Shown piece by piece: positions 61,885-64,000 of a stretch of DNA of 64,000 bases. How positions within the stretch are numbered: position 1 is the stretch's first letter; each line of letters begins with the position of its first letter. The notes under the pieces are model-generated. The model ran no database searches and was not told the DNA's origin. It saw only the letters and a program-made list of their open reading frames with translations. The position numbers and the translations under genes were made by a program. This stretch comes from Methanomassiliicoccales archaeon (GTDB taxonomy: Archaea > Thermoplasmatota > Thermoplasmata > Methanomassiliicoccales > UBA472), in assembly GCA_026394375.1 (NCBI GenBank), contig JAPKYJ010000003.1:33846-97845 (forward strand), written 5' to 3'.

Positions 61885-64000
61885 ATGAAAAATCGCAATA
61901 GGTTATTGTTATCAGGCGCTTGCCTGATGATGCTCTGCGCGCTGCTTCTGAGCAGCGTCGCGGTATCAGCCGATGGCGTCAGCGTTCCTGCAGCCCCTAT
62001 GGCTGCAGGAGACTATACTGTCACCATCAGCTCGCCGACGAACAACTCATTTATCAACACGGGCGCAGGCACTGTATATTGGAATGTGACCGATTTGGGT
62101 CCAGCTTCTGACACGAATTGGTCCGAAACGAGAATCTGGCATGGCACCTGGGGTTCCTGGTATAATGACACCGTGAACATCAGTCATGAATATTCGGGTC
62201 TAGCAGACGGAATCTATTATGTCAATGTCAGAACAATGATGAATGAAACGGCTGGACCAACGGTTGAAAAGGACCGCGCCAACGTGACTTGCACCGTCGA
62301 TACGACCGGCCCCGTGACAACGATTACATTCCCCACCGATGATTGGGAGACGCAGCTTGTCAACTTCACTGCCTACTACAATGCCACTGATGCCCTATCC
62401 ACGGTGGATCACTTCATGGGCAGGTTGATCAACAACACTGGCCCCTACACCTATGGTTGGGTGAACGTTGGCCTGGACAACGCCCCATGGATCATCAACT
62501 TCACATCGGACGTGAATCTTACATCAGGATGGTGGACGCTAGAGGTCCAAGCATACGATAACCTGACGAATCCCGGCAACATAGCCTCGGTGAACTTCAA
62601 CATCACGCCGGACGTGGACATAGTTGTGCCAGCGGAAGGCGGCTATTACCCTGGCAATTTCACCGCGTCGTGGACTTACGAACTTGTCCAGAACACGCTC
62701 CTCGGTCACTTCGAGCTCAGGCTCGCAAATGCCACCTATGACAGCGGCTGGGTCATATTCGGGACCTCGACCTCATTCTACATCACCCAACTCAACAACT
62801 GGAATGATTTGAACGGAACCAGCCTCACGAACAGTAATTATACGTTCATGGTGAAGCTCGTCGACAACACCACGTTCGAGTACACTGATAGCGTCGGGTT
62901 CAATGTTGATAACGTCGATCCGGTCGTGGACATCTATGATCCGGCCGATGACGTCATCACCAATCAGCAGAACATGACCATCTTCTGGACGGGAAGCGAT
63001 GTCTGGACTGGCGTTGATCACTACGAGATCCGCCTCACCAACGACACTGGCTTCGACTCCACTTGGGTGGATGTTGGGTTGAACGTTTCCGCATGGATAA
63101 CCAATCTGACCAGCGGATTGCTCCTTGACCAGGGCAACTGGACATTCAACGTGACCGCTTTCGACATGGCTGGAAACAGCGCGTGGGACGACGAGGAGAT
63201 CATGGTGGATCTGACCTTGCCATACGTCAACATCACCTACCCAGCGGACGACTGGATCACTAACGTGGTCAACTTCACCCTGGTGTGGGAGGGCAGCGAC
63301 ATAATCAGCGGGCTCGATCACTTCGAGGTGAACTTGACGAACAGCAGTGGTCTTGATTCCGGTTGGGTCGATGTTGGCCTGGACCTCAGCGCGTACATAA
63401 CCAACTTCACGGTCGCCCATGCTGACCTCGAGGATGGCTTCTACCTCATAGAGGTGAAGGCGTTCGACAAGGCTGGCAACAACGCTACCGACGACGAAGA
63501 GTTCCAGATCGACACAGTGGATCCAACATTATCTATCACACACCCCACCAACGACACCTATTGGAATAATAATAACTTCACCGCGGAATGGAACGCGACC
63601 GGTACAGGCACGGCGATCGACCACAGCGTGGTCAAGATAACCAACCTGACCGCGACGCCAGTCACCATGACGCTGACGATCACTGGAACCACGAACACCA
63701 CAAAGATCGGCGACGTCTGGGGAAGTAACCTGTCCGATGGGGCATACCTGATAGAAGTGACTGTCTATGATATGGCCCTCAACCACGTTTCGAAGGAGGC
63801 CAACTTCACCGTCGACACCGTTGGACCGGTCGTCGAGTTCGTGGTACCCGAGGATGTTTCTGGACGCTGGTGGACTAACGACAATAACTTCACCGTCGAG
63901 TGGACCGTGGCCATAAACCTGGCACCGATATTCAACCAGACGCTCTGGATCACCAACAGCACTGGTGGCGTGATCAATATCACCTACCTGGCTGTGAGTG
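61885..64000 (+). CDS. Large secreted repeat protein (S-layer/adhesin-like), 3' end beyond the window
   Basis: Not in the ORF track (no stop). (MLQ)MKNRNRLLLSGACLMMLCALLLSSVAVSA signal, then an open frame to the window end. The ATG is at 61885 (or 61876). Confidence 0.85.
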   Translation, partial: MKNRNRLLLSGACLMMLCALLLSSVAVSADGVSVPAAPMAAGDYTVTISSPTNNSFINTGAGTVYWNVTDLGPASDTNWSETRIWHGTWGSWYNDTVNISHEYSGLADGIYYVNVRTMMNETAGPTVEKDRANVTCTVDTTGPVTTITFPTDDWETQLVNFTAYYNATDALSTVDHFMGRLINNTGPYTYGWVNVGLDNAPWIINFTSDVNLTSGWWTLEVQAYDNLTNPGNIASVNFNITPDVDIVVPAEGGYYPGNFTASWTYELVQNTLLGHFELRLANATYDSGWVIFGTSTSFYITQLNNWNDLNGTSLTNSNYTFMVKLVDNTTFEYTDSVGFNVDNVDPVVDIYDPADDVITNQQNMTIFWTGSDVWTGVDHYEIRLTNDTGFDSTWVDVGLNVSAWITNLTSGLLLDQGNWTFNVTAFDMAGNSAWDDEEIMVDLTLPYVNITYPADDWITNVVNFTLVWEGSDIISGLDHFEVNLTNSSGLDSGWVDVGLDLSAYITNFTVAHADLEDGFYLIEVKAFDKAGNNATDDEEFQIDTVDPTLSITHPTNDTYWNNNNFTAEWNATGTGTAIDHSVVKITNLTATPVTMTLTITGTTNTTKIGDVWGSNLSDGAYLIEVTVYDMALNHVSKEANFTVDTVGPVVEFVVPEDVSGRWWTNDNNFTVEWTVAINLAPIFNQTLWITNSTGGVINITYLAVS
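62296..64000 (+). repeat. Tandem ~300-306-nt (~101-aa) Ig-like modules within the surface-protein gene
   Basis: Module starts (VDTxxP-type boundaries) were read at 62296, 62602, 62905, 63205, 63508 and 63811. Recurring pattern: W..xSD..SG.DH.E..LTN..G..S.WVDVGL...A.ITN....L.DG.....V.A.D.AGN. Confidence 0.8.

Overview
High-GC (~58-60% by eye) archaeal chromosomal segment. Archaeal markers: DnaG-type primase, Trm1, FBP aldolase/phosphatase, an intron-containing tRNA-Ser and an MptD-like gene. The gene content looks Thermoplasmata/Methanomassiliicoccales-like, but that placement is inference only. Most of the window is densely packed housekeeping, often chained by ATGA start/stop overlaps. It holds four aminoacyl-tRNA synthetases (Gly, Cys, Glu, Asp), Fe-S assembly (SufS-like, NifS, IscU-like) fused into one operon with pyrD-pyrK, and cysK-cysE-cysS plus a coupled radical-SAM gene. 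It also holds DtxR-feoB, purA, nadA, fbp-tpiA, a 2-oxoacid:ferredoxin oxidoreductase, dnaG, tRNA-Cys(GCA) and tRNA-Ser(CGA). Three real genes are missing from the ORF track: two small ferredoxins, and a large repeat-rich surface protein that runs off the right edge. The best candidate for something undescribed is a ~5.9 kb block (35.8-41.6 kb) that splits the oxidoreductase operon (delta-alpha-beta ... gamma). Inside it is a tight minus-strand cassette: a ~440-aa unknown protein, a PPC/DUF296 protein and two zinc-ribbon-array proteins. An orphan REC-PAS regulator and a DUF362/membrane-protein pair flank it. Other leads:
- a trio of small membrane-anchored proteins sharing an EG[LM]P[LM][QK]L motif
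- an IscU variant lacking two cluster ligands
- a lone RusA-like resolvase next to a PD-(D/E)xK-like gene
- two unusually long gene-free structured regions (possible ncRNAs)
- a PLD-nuclease-like ORF that reads through the whole of rimI in another frame
No CRISPR array, integrase or transposase was seen. Many long ORFs in the track are antisense artefacts of high GC.
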